Below, in pieces: positions 62,521 through 64,000 of a DNA stretch of 64,000 bases (position 1 is the stretch's first letter; each line of letters begins with the position of its first letter). A model generated the notes under the pieces. The model was not told where the DNA came from, made no database searches, and saw nothing but the letters and a program-made list of their open reading frames with translations. The DNA is from Lama glama. Its lineage: Eukaryota. The stretch lies in assembly GCA_028534125.1 (NCBI GenBank), contig CM052816.1, positions 30,382,001 through 30,446,000 of the forward strand. The letters are read 5' to 3'. A program made the translations under genes and the position numbers.

Positions 62521-64000
62521 TTTCTATGATCTTTGTTTCTATGTTTGTTTCATTAAATTGCCCTTAAAAATGGGGGGAAAAAAACAATTTTTGCTTTTAC
62601 TTTTCATTTATAAAAGCTACTAAACAGTGGATGTTACAGAGTAAATGCTTTTTAAAAAAATACACTAATAAAGTGATGATATACATGTGCTAATATTCTT
62701 GTATTTGAGGACACAGTTCTTCCAAATGAGAAAAGCAATAGTCTTTGTGTGGATAAGTCTGCCCGTATGTTCTGTGCATATTGTGTTCTCTGTGCCGCAG
62801 TGATAAAAAGATCAGGTCTGATTTTCGTATTTCTAGAGACTGATGAATACCCGGTTGTTGGAGGTATCTTCTGAAAACTAGCAAGTTTAAAATAGGAACT
62901 AATAAAAGGGAGCATTCATAATAGTGCTAACTCAATAGGAAAATAAAAAGGACTAAAAGATTTAAATGCAGAGGAAGGAAACTGGCCGTTGTCTCTCTGG
63001 TTTCTATGTGGAGAGCTAGGACTTAACTCAAGTGCCTGTATTTTAAAGCCAGCTAGTCTGGTCACTCATCCTGCTGATGACTCGGGAGAGGACCTCTGTA
63101 GATCTCCAAAGCTCTTTGTGGACCCCTCTCTTCTCTGCCCTCTGCCCTGCCATTCCTGGCCGACTTGGCCTCCCAGCCGGTCTAACTCTGCCTACTCAAT
63201 GCAAGGACACACCCAGGCTCTTCCTGGGTTTCCACTTGCAGTGTTGTAGGCTGGGAGTCCTTCCAGGCGATACATGGGGGCCAGTTGTGAGGCTCGTTTT
63301 GTTGCCTGTGCTGCATGATTTCCCATGTCTGAAAACCACTGTTCCTTATTTTTGTCTGTTTTTTTTTTTCAGTTGTATTAGGTGAGAGGATACTTCTAGA
63401 CCCAGTTACGCCATCTTGGCTGACAGGAAAAGCTTTTTTAATGTTTTCATGCAAATCTTGTGACGTAATCTGGGTTTACCCATCTCTGACAGTCTCTCTA
63501 AGCCTAGATGAGAGTAAGAGATGGAAAGATGATCTGAGACTGAGGAGAGTTCATCTACTGGGGTAGAGAAGCCTAAGGAAGGGGTATGGTCAGGCATATA
63601 CTTACAGCATCTCATAAAATGAAGACACGTGCTTTTATATTTTGCTATTACAAAAGGATTAAACTGTCCAACTCTTTCTCTCCTATGGCTTATTAGAACT
63701 ACTAACTTCAGTGAGTAATGCAGAGATTTGAATTTCATATCCTTTTGTCTCCCATAACATCCCCCTTTGAGTGCATTATACAGAAACACACACACACACG
63801 CTATGTTTCACACTGTTTGAGTGTTGCACATGATACTAGAATTGAACATTTTAGTGAAAAATGTGAGCTATTTCTCTCCTTGGATTTATGTAAACAAATA
63901 CAAACATAAAAATGAATTTGACATACCTTCTGCTTCTCTCCTGCAGTTTCTTTGTGTGTTTTCATGCCAATGCTCAGCATCCATTTTTCTTATCTCAGGG

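Noticed and set aside
1..64000. CRISPR array, prokaryotic operon, NUMT, processed pseudogene or endogenous viral gene
   Set aside because: By eye I saw no regularly spaced repeats, no long ORFs and no mitochondrial, viral or housekeeping-protein similarity. A tBLASTx search would be needed to exclude very decayed copies.

Overview
This is 64 kb of AT-rich, CpG-depleted mammalian nuclear DNA. It is probably from a camelid (alpaca, llama or camel), because it carries a tRNA-Ala(AGC)-derived vic-1-like SINE with a target-site duplication (TSD). I found no recognisable protein-coding gene, RNA gene, CRISPR array or prokaryotic system. The only ORFs with recognisable homology are decayed LINE-1 ORF2 C-terminal fragments. 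The window is a mosaic of interspersed repeats: young and old L1, L2, CR1/L3, MIR, MaLR/ERVL/ERV1 solo LTRs, MER3/MER5 hAT elements and a mariner-like relic. Repeat-poor unique stretches lie between them. Most L1 fragments are on the minus strand and several well-formed splice-site pairs are on the plus strand, which suggests but does not prove that the window lies in a large intron of a plus-strand gene that I could not identify. I found no convincing novel biological system. The best leads are candidate small or structured exons, two candidate alternative promoters, a CpG-rich 69-bp segment between 12-bp direct repeats, a collapsed ancient L1 with a CTCF core motif, and young TSD-flanked insertions. 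Repeat family names come from my recollection of consensus sequences and need RepeatMasker/Dfam confirmation. Repeat boundaries are approximate.
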